Shown one piece after another: positions 21,920-34,847 of a DNA stretch of 64,000 nt. The stretch spans positions 1,550,001-1,614,000 of the forward strand of contig NC_043011.1 in assembly GCF_006345805.1 (NCBI RefSeq). The letters are read 5' to 3'. The position numbers were made by a program, and so were the translations under genes. The notes under the pieces were generated by a model. It ran no database searches. It worked only from the letters and a program-made list of their open reading frames with translations, and was not told the DNA's origin. Position 1 is the first letter of the stretch. Each line of letters begins with the position of its first letter. Source of the DNA: Octopus sinensis (Eukaryota).

Positions 21920-22815
21920 TCTTGAACCATTTCACACTTCTGTAGAAACAGGGACACCAGACCTTTCAAAAGTGCTTGTTATTCTAGTTGTAGCACTCAG
22001 AATATGACACAAGCCTTTGGTTTTACAAAATTGAACTCTTTGTTTGCTTCATTGTGATTACATATGGTAGATATAGCAAAACTGATAGTGTATGTGCTAT
22101 AAATTGATGGCACGTGTCTCTTTGTTCAGCCAGTTATACAGGTCCTGCCTTTTTGCATCATTTTTCTCTCAGATATTTTAATTGTTATTGCTGTTACTGT
22201 TTCTTAAATAAATGAATAGATGGTAACGATTCAAGTGTGATCGTTACCATGTCACCTTACCAGCACTTGTGCTGGTGGCATGTGAAATATTCGAGCAAGG
22301 TCATTGCCAGTGATGCTGAACTGGCTCCTGTGCAGATGGCATGTAAAAAGCACCATTTGGGCGTGGCCGTTGCCAGTACCACCAAACTGGTTGGCGTTAG
22401 GAAGGGCATCCAGCTATAGAAACTCTGCCAGATCAGATTGGAGTCTGGTTCACCAGACCTCAGTCAAATCGTCCAACCCGTGCTAGCATGGAAAGCGAAC
22501 GTTAAATGATGATGATGATGATGATGATGAGAGAACCTTATAAAATCTGACTGAGTCTCTTTGCAATTGTATCTAATCCAAGAGAGACTAAAGAAAAAGA
22601 TTATATATCGGTGCTTTTGGAAATATGGCAGTGTATTAGAATTACACTATAGACAGCAACTACAGCAAATACCCAAGAGTATTGCAGTAGAAATAAAAAC
22701 AAAAGATTAAAGAAAAGTTCCTGCACTACCTGCTTTAAATTTTAAACCAAAGACTCAGCCAAAACATAGAGTAAGATTATTAGATATTCCTGGGCTGATA
22801 CATTTGTACTCAATA
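21920..22815. repeat. Right arm of inverted duplication (includes RTE 3' copy 22224-22530, + strand)
   Basis: Reverse complement of 19848-20742. Confidence 0.9.
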
Positions 22816-22879
22816 CATAGGACAAAGAAATGCAAGTGGGAGGTTAAGGGACACTGAATATAGGAAGGATTAATAGCTG

Positions 22880-23150
22880 ATTGATTTTGTATTGCACTAT
22901 GGGTAGGTGGTCAAAGCAGAATTGATGAAAGATTGTATGTGATCATAAGGTTTTCAAAGGGATTTGCAAGTACAAAGGGCTTTGCAGCACCTTTACAGAT
23001 CATAAATTCATGCTGGATCTGTACTCAACTTGGTGCATCACAACAAAGTGTGCGAAATTGATGGCACAGGGGGAAAAAAAAACTAGTTGCTACATCTGTT
23101 GTAATAAGAACTACCTCCATACAGCTTGCTATAAAATAACTAAAAAGACA
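22880..23150 (+). mobile_element. Possible decayed gag-like CCHC zinc-knuckle remnant
   Basis: CWICTQLG then, after a +1 shift, HHNKVC gives C-X2-C-X4-H-X4-C; a second CYIC follows. Confidence 0.3.
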
Positions 23151-23827
23151 GAACAAGAAAATGAGGTAGAAAAGTAACAAAGAACAGTCAAGGAAGCAAA
23201 AGGAATCTGAAACCCTAGTTTCTAAAGCACAATCAAGCAAAACATCAGGAATGGAAGAGGAAATCACTTTGTACTCCGTCCTAGAAACAAATAATCAGGT
23301 ACGTTGTTCTTTAATCTTAGCAACCAGTAATACCACCCTGTGGTTGTGTGACAAGGAAAATATGGGAAGAATGTATAAACTGTTGAAGGAAATACAAAAG
23401 AAAAAACAGGTCAAAATAAAAATCAAAGCAAAGAAACTAAATGGGTGAGAAGGAATAACTTCTTCAAAACAATGATAATATTTCTCTTTAGGAAAATAAT
23501 AAAGGAAATAAAGAAGAGATCAAAGGACAAAGATTCACTCTCGTTTAGAGATCAAACGAAAAATTATGAGATAGAATCGTGTATTTGTGGTGGCAGGAAC
23601 ATTCTGATGAAGTAACATTAACTCTGAAACAGTTAGGTTTGATATCCTTAAATACATAGGCATGTTGAAAAAGGTAGGTTATCAGAAAAAAGAAAATGAA
23701 GATACCATAGGGCGGTGAAACGGTCCTTACCATAAGGATGTGAATGTTTCCAGTCAGAGGATACACTGAAAGTGTTAACAAATGCCTTTGCGATGACAGC
23801 AAAGCAAAGTCATGGGGTGTTTCAAAA

Positions 23828-26480
23828 TAGGGCCTTCCCAAACTTTTTGAACTGTGACACCCATTTTCAAAAGAAATGTGTAGTAACATTCTCTACCCTG
23901 CTTACAAAAAAAGAAAAAAAAAGATCAGATGCAGATAAATCTAGATTAGAAAACAGCTGAAGATATCAAACTTCAGGGGAAATGCTACCCCTGAAACAGT
24001 TTTGTTCTTAAAATATTTATTTTTTATTCTTTTAATGACATAAATTGCATAGATATTTCATTTGGGAAATGGGCAATCCAGAATGAAAGGACAATTACTC
24101 ACATATTTAACAAAAATATGTCAATTGTTTCCATTTAACAAAAATAATTAAATATATTTTCAGCCAAGAATTCAAATAAGAACTATTGAGTTTTTAAAAT
24201 TCAAATTTAAAGTTAATGTTGTTAATATAGAATATACAAAATGAAGTGAGTTTAAAAAATAATGCAAAATAAAAAATAATATAAAAAGATTACATTTATA
24301 TATTTGTTTTGCAAGATTCTTGATGTGAAATCGTGTATTGAAACAGATATTGTTGTATCTGGGGATGGTCATGTTTCCAGTTTAGCCAATAAAGACACAC
24401 GCACTATATATTTGGTGTTAATTTTCTTCAGCTTTATTTTATTTTTTCCATTAATCGTATGACAAAATGGCTGATCGTTAATAAGGAAAGACACAAATAA
24501 GATAGAAGAAAGCAAAGGACCACTGATGAGGTCATAGAAGTGTGATGAAAGAACTGGCCGAAATATGATTAATGTAAAGAATAAAAAAAAGCTGAAGCAA
24601 ATTAACACCAAATATATAGTGTGTGTGTCTTTATTGGCTAAACTGGCAACATGACCATCCCCAAATACAACAATAATATAAAAAGTGTAATCTCAAAGGT
24701 AATTTTTCCCTCTGAAGGAAAATCAAATTCAAAATTGGTGTTAATGTAAAAATATTAAAGAAAATTTTTTCTTTGTCAGGCTAAAATAGGTTAAAAATTT
24801 ATTGCAGCCCTTATTTATTTTTACAAAAACAATAAAAACAAACATTTCTCAATTTTCAACTATAAATTAATTATTAACAGAACAGATATTGTTACTGAGA
24901 AAACGTACTTGTTTATTTTTGCACTACAAATAAAATCGTATTTCAATATCTATTAATGCAGGTCTCAAGGAAATTTTAACTTTCTTAGTACTGGAGTTAT
25001 TTTTTAAAAATTCTAGTCAGCTGTATATGGTGATTTGTACAAAAACATTGTATCAAATGGTAAAAAGGGTTTCAATCACTAATTTGGACAACACTTGAAA
25101 TTCAGCACAAGCACCAAGCCAAAAAGCATTTTAGATTTTCAAAGAAAATTCAAACCTGAGAGTTTAATCACTTGAAAGTTGCATTTATTCTACTTGGGCT
25201 TTTAATGTTTTATACATTCTGTTTCAACTGTGAACAGATTTTGGATCATATCCAAATTGGTTGTTGTTTAATTATGGTAGAAGATATTTGTAGAAATTGA
25301 TTTCTAGACTTTCCAAATGGCCAAGTATTATTTGCTTGATCAAACCAAAATTTAATTAATTTTCATAATTGCTCATTTTTTATTTTGTATTTCTATATGA
25401 TTTATTTTCTATGAAGACTTAATTATAGATTTAAGTAGAAAAAGATTGTTCTCTCCTAGTAGAGAGTAAGCTCATTAACTTTTCTAACTTGCATAACCAA
25501 TCTTCTTCCTGAGACAAAATTTGCTAAATCTGGACTGTGTCCTGACAAAAATTTTAACCCCATTTTTAAACTTCTAAGAGCAAATTTGAAGATCATCTAT
25601 TTGTGAGCCATTACATTTCTGTTAGTAAATGTTTGCTGAAAAAGGATTAAATTTCATTATAGAGATTTGAAAAAATGCAGCTACTGAGTGCATAGCTTAA
25701 TTCATAATTTTAACTGTATCTTGTAACACTGCATTCAGATCTGCAGAAAGCTTCTTGGACACTAATGCCTCTCAGTGAATCATGCAATGAGTGAAATAAA
25801 TAAGATTTTGCTCACAGATTTGGCTTTAACTTGAAATTCAATTTTCCTTTCTATCATATTTGTTGCACCATCTGCACATACTCCAAAGCAATTATTTTAT
25901 TCAAGGTCAGCTTCTCCAAAAAATTGTCAAGTTTTTGGCAAACAATTTTATCCATCCAGTGATCAACAGAAGAGCTATTATTAATTCTTCCATTAAGTTG
26001 CTCAAATTAGTCATCCTTAATTTCTGGATTATGACTCCTAACAGTATTTTTTGACTGAGGAACTTTCTTTAATTAATCTACATATTTGTTTCCATTAGCA
26101 ATTTCTGTAACATTTTCTTTACTGATGCTGTATGATTTTCTTTTAGATCTCGCAATTAAATAGGCAGATACAAAAGATGCCTCCAAGTATTTCACTATGT
26201 CAGTAATGTGAATAAGATTCTCAAGAGATTGCTTCTTTTGACTGAAGGATTCTGGTAGTCTTTGAAACAAATTCCGTAAGCTTACCACTACAGAAAAAAT
26301 GTTTTGAATTAAGATGTTGTCTTAATTTTGTAGGCTTCATACTTCAAGCCACAAACCACCGAACAATCATTGCAAATTAAGCAGACAAGGAATTTCTTCA
26401 TTATTTTTCAAAGTACAAGTACATCTGTATTAGAAATAAGATTCATTAAATTTTCTACTAGCTGAAAGATCAGGCATTGC
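23828..26480 (-). mobile_element. Degenerate hAT (Buster/Charlie-like) transposon
   Basis: TIR-like AGGGCCTTCCCAAACTTTTT at 23829; minus-strand LEASFVSAYLIA, THCMIH*EALVSKKLS and hATC-like LPFDTMFLY, with many stops. Confidence 0.75.
24348..24674. mobile_element. Small fold-back element enclosing a hammerhead-like core
   Basis: Inverted arms ~24348-24460 / 24563-24674; centre has CTGATGAG-gtca...ctggc-CGAAA (24523-24563). Confidence 0.6.
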
Positions 26481-26904
26481 CCAAGTTACTGCTGTTCCTA
26501 TTCAGATTAGTAAACAATAAATATAAAGATATATTCTCATAACTATTTCAAAATATTTATATTTTATTAAAAAATATCCAAATTGTAATAATAGAATTTT
26601 GAAATGAAAATCTGTCAATGTTGATGTACCCCAGGGTAAACAATATTCTTTGTGCAATTTTTTGGTGGTGTTGAAATGAATGAATTGTTGCTGCTTCCAG
26701 CTCGTAAGCAAGCAACATAGCATTAGTCATGAGAGAAGCATGTAGTAGAGAGATCAAATCCAGCTACCTTGAGGGATTGACCCTGAGATTTGTTAATTGA
26801 AATACCAAAACTTAGTTTGACTGGAAACTGAAGTGTCTTGAATTCAAATGGAATATCTATAGGTTTGAGAGGAATTTTTGGAATAAAGACATTTTCTCCT
26901 TTGT

Positions 26905-27275
26905 GACTACCTGTTATGATTGTTGCCTGTAGGATATGGAGTTACATGGAAGTAACAATTGAATTCCATCACATAGGTGAGATGGGTCAAGATTCCTAAG
27001 CAACATAATGGGAGCATCCGGCTTTAGTGACAAGTTATGTGGTAGCATCCCAGTAGGTTTAAGTGTTTTCAGAAATCCAACAGGATATTGAACAACCTGA
27101 TCTTGATCAACTGTTGTCAATTGATTGAAAAGTCATTTCTGATGGATCTGTTAACGTTTGAAGAAGTTCATGATTGAGTTTATCAACCATTTCATTAGTT
27201 GGAGCTGCTTATAGCTCTTTCACATCAGCCAGTTTACATCAGTGTAATTGACAGATAAATTAGGAAATACAGCAA
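26905..27275 (-). mobile_element. Helitron PIF1-helicase fragment
   Basis: VFPNLSVNYTDVNWL, ERAI-AAPTNE, YPVGFLKTLKPTGMLPHNLSLKPDAPIMLLRNLDPSHLCDG. Confidence 0.85.
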
Positions 27276-27278
27276 AAG

Positions 27279-27660
27279 TAAAAAGCACTGGTGCTGGTGT
27301 CACATAAAAAGCACTGGCGATGATTCCATATAGAAAGCACTGGAGATGGTTCCGCATAAGAAACACTGGCGCTCTAGTTATGTAAAAAGTACTGGTGATG
27401 GTGCCACGAAAAAAGCACTGGTGATGGTGTCACATAAAGGCACTGATGATGGAGTCACATAAAAAACACTGTTGATGGTGCTATGTAAAAAGCATTCAGT
27501 ACATTCTGTGAAGTGTTTGGCATTAGGAAGAGCATCTAGCTGTAGAAACCAAACCAAAATAGACTATAAAAACCTGGCATGACTCCTGGCCTTGCCAGCT
27601 CTGGTCAAACCTTGCAACCCATACCAGCATTGGAAAACAGATGTTAGATGACGATGACGA

Positions 27661-27694
<34 letters not shown>

Positions 27695-27710
27695 TGTGAT
27701 GGCGGCGGCG
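27279..27710 (+). mobile_element. RTE 3'-UTR family copy with about 8 x 26-bp tandem array
   Basis: Unit about TAAAAAGCACTGGTGATGGTGCCACG (27279-27485) then family terminus and (GAT)n tail. Confidence 0.75.
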
Positions 27711-28399
27711 GTCGGGGCGACGACGAAAACCAAGGTACATGCTATGAGAATTCAACTTAAGTATCTTAAGATTTCAGATTTCACACTGAAGTATTAAAGC
27801 AGTTCTCTTTTTCAAGTTCACTTTTACTTGTGAAATTACAAAGTCTAAAGACATTTTCTTACGTTTTATATAGTTAGTGAGAAATGCCAGAGTAATGCAA
27901 ACTTGATGAGGATGGTGGGTTAATAAGAAGAAAGAAAATTTTTACATATAAAAGGAATTTCAAGAAATCTTAGAACTTCTTTTGTTTTTAACTAAGAAAT
28001 ATCAAACAATCCTCAAACATTTCTACTTTATGATCTAAATGAAATATATTTGTAAGAAAATCTGATTGTGAGATTGTAAGGCAGTATCTTTTGAAAGCTT
28101 AGACAATAAATATAAATGTATATTTTTGTATATTCAATACTTGCTTATAATAAGCTTACTGAGATAAGTTTTAACAAAGAAAACATACTTAAGAGAATTT
28201 GACAAAGATAAGCATTAGAAAAGAACATTGATTGAGAAACGTCTTAAAGATAGTATGTAAATGGAACTGAAGCAATGTTTAGTTTTAGAAAGATTTGAAG
28301 TTAAATATACTGAAAGATCTATTAATTTCGCTTTTGCATTAATAAGTTTCTTATACAACAAAACTTCAAAATGATTGTGGGACTGGTGAATAAAGCACA

Positions 28400-29180
28400 T
28401 TATTTACATTATTTACATTTGATGGATATTTGTCCTCATCTTGTTTGTTGTTAACACAACGTTTCGGCTGATATACCCTCCAGCTTTCTTCAGGTGCCTT
28501 GGGGAAATTTCGAACCTGGGTTCTCATTCATAAGGTATTTTTTGATGTTATTATTATTATTGTTCAGGTCATTGGCCTTATTGAGTTCACATGATCTAAC
28601 AGCACTTGGACATCTTCCTTGTGGGGCCAGAGTATAAAGGTGTCATCAACATACTGCAGCCATAGGGTTGGTTTTAGTGGTGTTAATCCTAAAGCCAAAT
28701 TCTCAAAGTATTCCATGTATATATTGGCTATTATCAGTGATAATGGTGAACCCATAGCTAAACCCTCTTTTTGTTAATATATATCAGTGTCCATAGTGAA
28801 GTAGGTAGTTTCTACACAGAAGGTCAACATTTCCATGAAGTTTCTTATTGGTATACTAGTACATTCTTTTAGATGGATGTCTGTCACTAGCTTTTCTTGT
28901 ATCACCAATAGCGCTTCACCAGTTGGGACTTTGGTGAACAGACTTATCACATCTAAACTCACCATCTGGTTGGATTCAGTATCCTTGATCAATTCTGTGA
29001 AGTGGGTGGAATTCTTCATTTACGATGTTGACTTTCCTGCTAATGGACTGATTATATCCACAAGGAAACGGCTCAGTGGATGACATGCTGAACCTCTACA
29101 GCTCAAGATAGGTCTGAATGGAATACCGTCCTCGTGAATCTTAGGGAGACCGTACATGTGTGGTAGTTTATTCGTTAAAT
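28400..29180 (-). mobile_element. Penelope-like element: RT fragment plus pLTR
   Basis: YGLPKIH..GIPFRPI, VSLDVISLFTKVP, GSPLSLIIANIYME, LQYVDDTF; no GIY-YIG seen; pLTR with hammerhead follows. Confidence 0.85.
28453..28498 (-). ncRNA. Minimal hammerhead ribozyme motif in Penelope pLTR
   Basis: ggcac-CTGAAGA-aa-gctg(gagggtatat)cagc-c-GAAACGTT|gtgtt; palindromic stem III AACGUU. Confidence 0.7.
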
Positions 29181-29899
29181 GTAAAGTGATGCCTATTAAC
29201 ACCTCAAACGTTTTTTTTTCCTTCACCTCTTCCACATCTGCAAATTCTGCAATATCAGCTGATATCCCCGGTGATGACCTTCGAAAAAAGGTCTGGATCA
29301 ACTTTCAACTGTTTTTTCAGTCATGACACATATTTAGTCATGACTGTTTTTGATCTTCCATGAGCAAGCGAGGCATAAGTTTTGCTGCAACTCTTTTCGT
29401 TGGCAATCCCTCACTCAGAATTCATTGGCAGGAGCTCCAGGACATGGCAGTCATATCAGCAAGTTCATTAGTTCATGGTTTTTCATATTTTCATTTGTTT
29501 GGGTGGTCGACGGTCATCCTGAATGAGGTTAGTCTTCAAGTGACAAGTGACAATTCTTAAAGTGTGGGAACTACTCGTAAACTTGTGTTTTGCTCATAGC
29601 AGCATCCTTGTAAGTTGTTTGAAGTATGACAACTGTTTTGGCTGCTGTTTTCCCCACCAGAAAACAGAATTTCACAGAAGTACACTGTTCTTCATTTCAG
29701 CCATTTCAAAAATCGATGAATAGGAGAGAAACACTGCAAAGCAAAGACACACTATGCGGCAGTACGATTTCACAAGGTGCAGCCAGACAGCAGATTGATG
29801 CCTGAGGGCCGCATCAAGTTGCTTCTAGCAGTAGAAGCCTGAACTACAATGGCTTTGTCCCACAGTGGAGATTTCTGGTTACTTTTGGGTAACCCCTCA
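29181..29899 (-). mobile_element. Internally deleted mariner transposon
   Basis: TIR-like (TA)TGAGGGGTTACCCAAAAGTAACC; MSKTQVYE, AAKLMPRLL, KVITGD joined to C-terminal FADVEEVK. Confidence 0.75.
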
Positions 29900-29951
29900 T
29901 ATACATTATATATATATAAAATAATTTTATATATATATACATTTTATATAT

Positions 29952-30305
29952 AAAATAAGCAGAAAATTGAGAAAATTTTTGATCAACAAACAAATTGACC
30001 AACATTGATTAATTACTTTTAATACAAAACTTAACATTGCTTACAGTTATTTCGGCTACCAGTGTCAGTCAGTGCCTGCAAAAAAAATTCTGTATTTGTA
30101 TTCACTCTGATGAAGCCTCATGTGCTAGATCAAATGTACTATAAAAATTATGAATATTATATTCGGAATTTTCTTTGTAGGCACCAACTGACATTGGTAG
30201 CCTGAACGGCCATAAGCAATGTTAGGTTTTGTATTACAAAATAATTTACCGATGTTGGTCAATTTGTTTGTTGCTCAAAAGCTTTCACCATTTTCTGCTT
30301 ATTTT
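29952..30305. mobile_element. Fold-back element with central CTGATGA motif (pLTR-like)
   Basis: Inverted arms 29952-30092 / 30164-30305; left arm read on minus gives GCCGAAATAACTGTAAGC. Confidence 0.55.
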
Positions 30306-30503
30306 AAATTTGATTCCTGATAAACTCATGTTTTTGTACCCAATGAGCATAGTGTGCTTTCATACCCATGCACAGGGTTAACATAGATAATTGATACCGG
30401 TAGTAAGTACAGACATTCTTATCCCTTAGACAGTTATTCCAACCGCTATCTCTGCTTAACTATATATCTAACTATACATATATACATCTACACACAGATA
30501 GAC

Positions 30504-30547
<44 letters not shown>

Positions 30548-30669
30548 AAGCATATTGTTAAGTATTCCACCTGTGAGGGATCAATACTAGATGGGTCGAA
30601 ATGACTGTAGTGATTAATAAAGATTCTTGTATCTTCCGTCTTCTGTCTTGCATTAACCAAATAGATATA

Positions 30670-31549
30670 TAAGGTTTGATCAATAAGTATCCGGACTGTT
30701 ACGATAGTAACGAAACTAGAGCATACAGAGTAAATTTGGTTGGCACAGATTGACCTTGAACTCTGCTGTGCATGCGTACTAAGTTTCAACATTCTAGCTC
30801 ACTTCTGCTATTTGCAGCAGAACTTTGAAGGAAGGTGTATTGTGTGTGATTGTCGCATTGAGATTGACAGAGAAAGTTGTCATGCCGGTATCTGCTCAGA
30901 GGCCTATGCAAAATTGCAGAAAGTGTATGGAGAGGAGTGTGTGAGCCACACACAAGTGTGCAGTGGTTCAGACGCTTTCAAGATAGCCGATATTGTTGAA
31001 CGTTCTGGGAGACCTGCAACCAGCAGAACTGAGAAAAACATTGCAGATGTGCATGCAGCTGTGAGGGGAAATCGTCAAATCCCGATCCATAAATTATCAG
31101 AGGATGTGCAGATTAGTTACGGTTCAGTTCAGTCCATTATCAGTGAAGATTTGGGTATGAGACACATGTCTGCCAAGTTTGTGCCAAAACTGCTTTCAGC
31201 TGACCAAAAGGACACTCGGGTTTCAGTTGTACAAGAGTTCCTTGATTGTTTTGAGAACAATGAAAACTTTTTGAAAACTTTGTGTAGGCCTCTGAGCAAG
31301 TATCATCAAGATTTTGGCAAAATTTGATGCAGATTCTCTGCTCGACTTTCTGTCATGTTCAATGCAACAATCATACACTACACACCTTCCTTCCAAGCAC
31401 TGCTGTAAACAGGGGAGTGAGCTAGAATGTTAAAACTTAGTGCACAGGCAGAGCAGATTTCAAGGTCAGTCTGAGCTAAGCAGCTTTACACTGCAAACTT
31501 TAGCTTCGTTACTATGGCAACAGTCCGGATACTTATTGATCAGACCTCA
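30670..31549 (+). mobile_element. Internally deleted mariner element with ~150-bp TIRs
   Basis: TA TSD, matching TIRs (gatcaataagtatccggactgtt); ORF with HTH region, RSGRP and FVPKLL, no DDD domain. Confidence 0.85.
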
Positions 31550-32728
31550 TATTGTTGCTATTATGCAAAAGTGTCGTAAGTGCAAAATGTTGCTTTTACA
31601 TAAAACAAAAAAATAGTTTCACCATTCCATAGCAAAACTGCTGTACTACTCTTTGACAATTTTTGATCTCTTGGCAGCTGAAGCAGCCAAAATCAGTGGT
31701 CAAACCCAGAATCTGTGGTTATGAAAATATTTGTTTCTCTTTGGAATTTCAATGAATGCATGTGTACTATTTTGACTGGCAAGTGTCTGAACATAGTAAT
31801 AATTATCAACTATATCATAGCAATTATGTGTGATGAAGATGGTGGTAATGTTGAAGTGGAAATGGTAGCAGTAAGGAAAACCCTGCCTCTCATGCTGGTA
31901 TCATGACAACGGTGGAGGTGGTAAGCTTTTCAGCACAATTCAGCAAAAGGCGAGCAGGTTGTCAACTGCTCTGGAATTAATTCTGCCCTAGCTTATTTAT
32001 GATGTTAAGTAGATGCTTGATGGAGACAGAGGTCACAAAACATTGCAAAAAAAAAAAAAACTAGGTTTTTTTCCATTTCCAGAATAGATGAAGAGTTGAG
32101 CAGAAGATCAATGGAAAAATAAACTGAGATCTAGTATAAAAAAATTGAAAGCTTGCATTATATCTTTGTGTGATTTTCTGCTGCATATTCAAAATATTAT
32201 GAGTGTTAGAAAATAAGGGCATGTTTCGTTAATGATGAAGAAGTTTTATATAGTTGTTGTTATGTAATGCTGGTCAGTCCTAATTGAGTAAACTAACCAA
32301 GCAATTAAGTTTTATCCCTAGATACGGTATTCCGGATATGTCATGATGTTTCCTGAACATGAACCTAAATGCACTGATCTATTGCATCAGATGAAGCATA
32401 GCTGCAGGATTGCATTACATTTCTTTCTATATCCTCTCTATCTACATGCCTGTAGGCTCTTAGATGATCACCAGAGAAGCAGGCGGGGTTAACTTAGTCA
32501 AAACCACCAATGTTTGGAACTTAAGAGATTTTCAACACTGATGCTATTATTGTGTATCTTGTGTATATTTCCTGGGTTTTCTTTTTTCTCAATGTTTTCT
32601 TTTGATTGGCAGAAATGGGTTGTCAGACAAAATATACTTTGGTATTTGTTCTACTTTTTTATGTTTTAATTTCGAATCCTGCAGAAGCCATCTTCACTTC
32701 TTATTTTTCTGAGGCTGGTAAAACATAG

Positions 32729-33215
32729 TATCATCATCATCATTGTTCGAGCGTGGTCGAGACAATGGAATTTACCATGCTACGCCAGACTTCACGGTCC
32801 ATCATGGCATTACGGAGGTCCTGTTGCTGGATGCCTGTATCCCTGGAGATTACATCAGGGTAGGAGAGTGTGCGCCCTCTGGTATTGCGAGTAGATGGCT
32901 TCCAGAGGAGAAGAGTAGAAATTACCTCTTTTTCAGCTCTACAACAATGTCCAGCAAACTGGACTCTCTTACCTTTCACAAAAGATGATACTGGTGGTAG
33001 TTTCCCATATATTTGCATTTTGGTTGGATGGCGCTTCCACAAGAGATTTTGAGCTCTCATAAGGAGGCGAGTGTAGGTTCCATTCAACCGCCTCTCAAGC
33101 TTCTTTGATAACGTCCAGGTTTCTGAGCCATATAGTAGAATTGGTTCAACTGTGGCTTTGAAGATTTCAAGTTTGAAGTCTCTACTTAGATTTGATGACC
33201 AGATCTTATGCATGT
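32729..33215 (-). mobile_element. 5'-truncated RTE LINE
   Basis: PILLYGSETWTL, FAGHC, DREVWR; (TGA)n tail; catagtatca TSD. Confidence 0.9.
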
Positions 33216-33604
33216 CATCTTATGCATAGTATCACTTGTGGGTGGTGATTTAGAAGAATTGTTAGAATGTTGAATAAAATGCATTTTGATATTTGTTTAT
33301 TTGTTCTGAACCTTTACATTCTTTGTTTGTCTGCAACAGCACAAGTGTTGTCAAAGTGTACTGGACTTTGGTTTTCTGTTGGAAGCATAAAGATGAGTTG
33401 CAGTTGCATGTGCAACAGCTTGTCTTTAATAAAGAAAATTTCACACTTTGACCAAACCTACACTCTGGAAAGAATCTTTCTAGGTGCAGAGACACAGTCA
33501 CACCTGGTTGATGGCGACCCTGGATAAGAGACAGATATCTTGGGTAGTGGGGCTGCTGAAAAGAAGATGGTTTCAAGGGTGTTGTTATTTGTCTAGATGT
33601 TTCA

Positions 33605-34004
33605 TACTCTTTTTACTCTTTTTACTCTTTTCCTTGTTTCAGTCATTTGACTGTGGCCATGCTGGAGCACCACCTTTAGTCGACTAAATCGACCCCAGGA
33701 CATATTCTTTCTAAGTCTGGTACTTATTCTATCGGTCTCTTTTGCTGAACCGCTAAGTTACAGGGACATAAACACACCAGCATCGGTTGTCAAGCGATGT
33801 TGGGGGGGGGACAAACACAGACACACAAACACACACATACATATATATGATGGGCTTCTATCAGTTTCCATCTACCAAATCCACTCACAAGGCTTTGGTC
33901 GGCCCAAGGCTATAGTAGAAGACACTTGCCCAAGGTGCCACGCAGTGGGACTGAACCCAGAACCATGTGGCTGGTAAGCAAGCTACTTACCACACAGCCA
34001 CTCC
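33605..34004 (-). mobile_element. Full-length family-1 SINE
   Basis: Reverse complement of 1029-1436. Confidence 0.85.
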
Positions 34005-34847
34005 GGGTGAATAAACATGGTGAATAAACATGTAGTCAAAAGAATTGATTGCACATGTACACACACACACACACGAAAGCACACACATACATTACACATA
34101 CCAGCAAACATACAGTGAATATTCACATGCTTAATACTATTAAAGCATCCAGTAAGTTAGATTTCTCTGCTACATAAACTCTTGAGAATATTTAGCCCAT
34201 TAATGCATAAAGTCTAATTTTCATTCCACAATTAATTTCAACCAATAAACACTTCATATTATATAATTTTCTGACTACTTTTGAGAACGCTATACATTAG
34301 TGAAGATTGATGCAAATAAAGTTTTATTTATTTATATTTTTGTGAAACTCTTTCACTTTCTGCCACTTATAAATTATTTATGATGAAATTTCAAATAATT
34401 GCAAATTAAACTAAAACATTTTCCTCTGCCTCTAGTATTTTTATCATGTGGGACTTCTATAACATACCAACTTCTTTAATAGAAAGATATCATTTTTGAA
34501 GATTCTTTCTGTAAAGCCTCTTACTGTTTGAACCTTCTAACATTTCTTTCTAACACAGCATCTGATTTAGCTGATACATTATTCCTGATTTTAAATTATC
34601 AGACTATTATTTTATAATGGAATTGAAGGTTTATGATACCTGTGGAGTATCATGGAGTATCGTACCTTCTCCCATTATAATAATTTCTGTAGTCTTAAGG
34701 ATCTGGAAGATGAAGAAGAAATTTACAAGTGGAGTACAATTCAATAGTCATTTATTTTTGAGTTCTTGTTCATGTGGTTTGCTCTCAGTGACCATCTCTA
34801 TTGCAGCACGTGGTTCCTTATAGCTCCTCCCACATGTGGCTCATGAC

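Noticed and set aside
27279-27485. CRISPR-like appearance of the 26-bp array
   Set aside because: Contiguous degenerate units without unique spacers, no cas genes, eukaryotic context, derived from the RTE UTR
34695-34760. Exon-like stretches on both strands (LKDLEDEEEIYK on +; ILKTTEIIIMGE on -)
   Set aside because: Mutually exclusive and too short to separate from chance without RNA data
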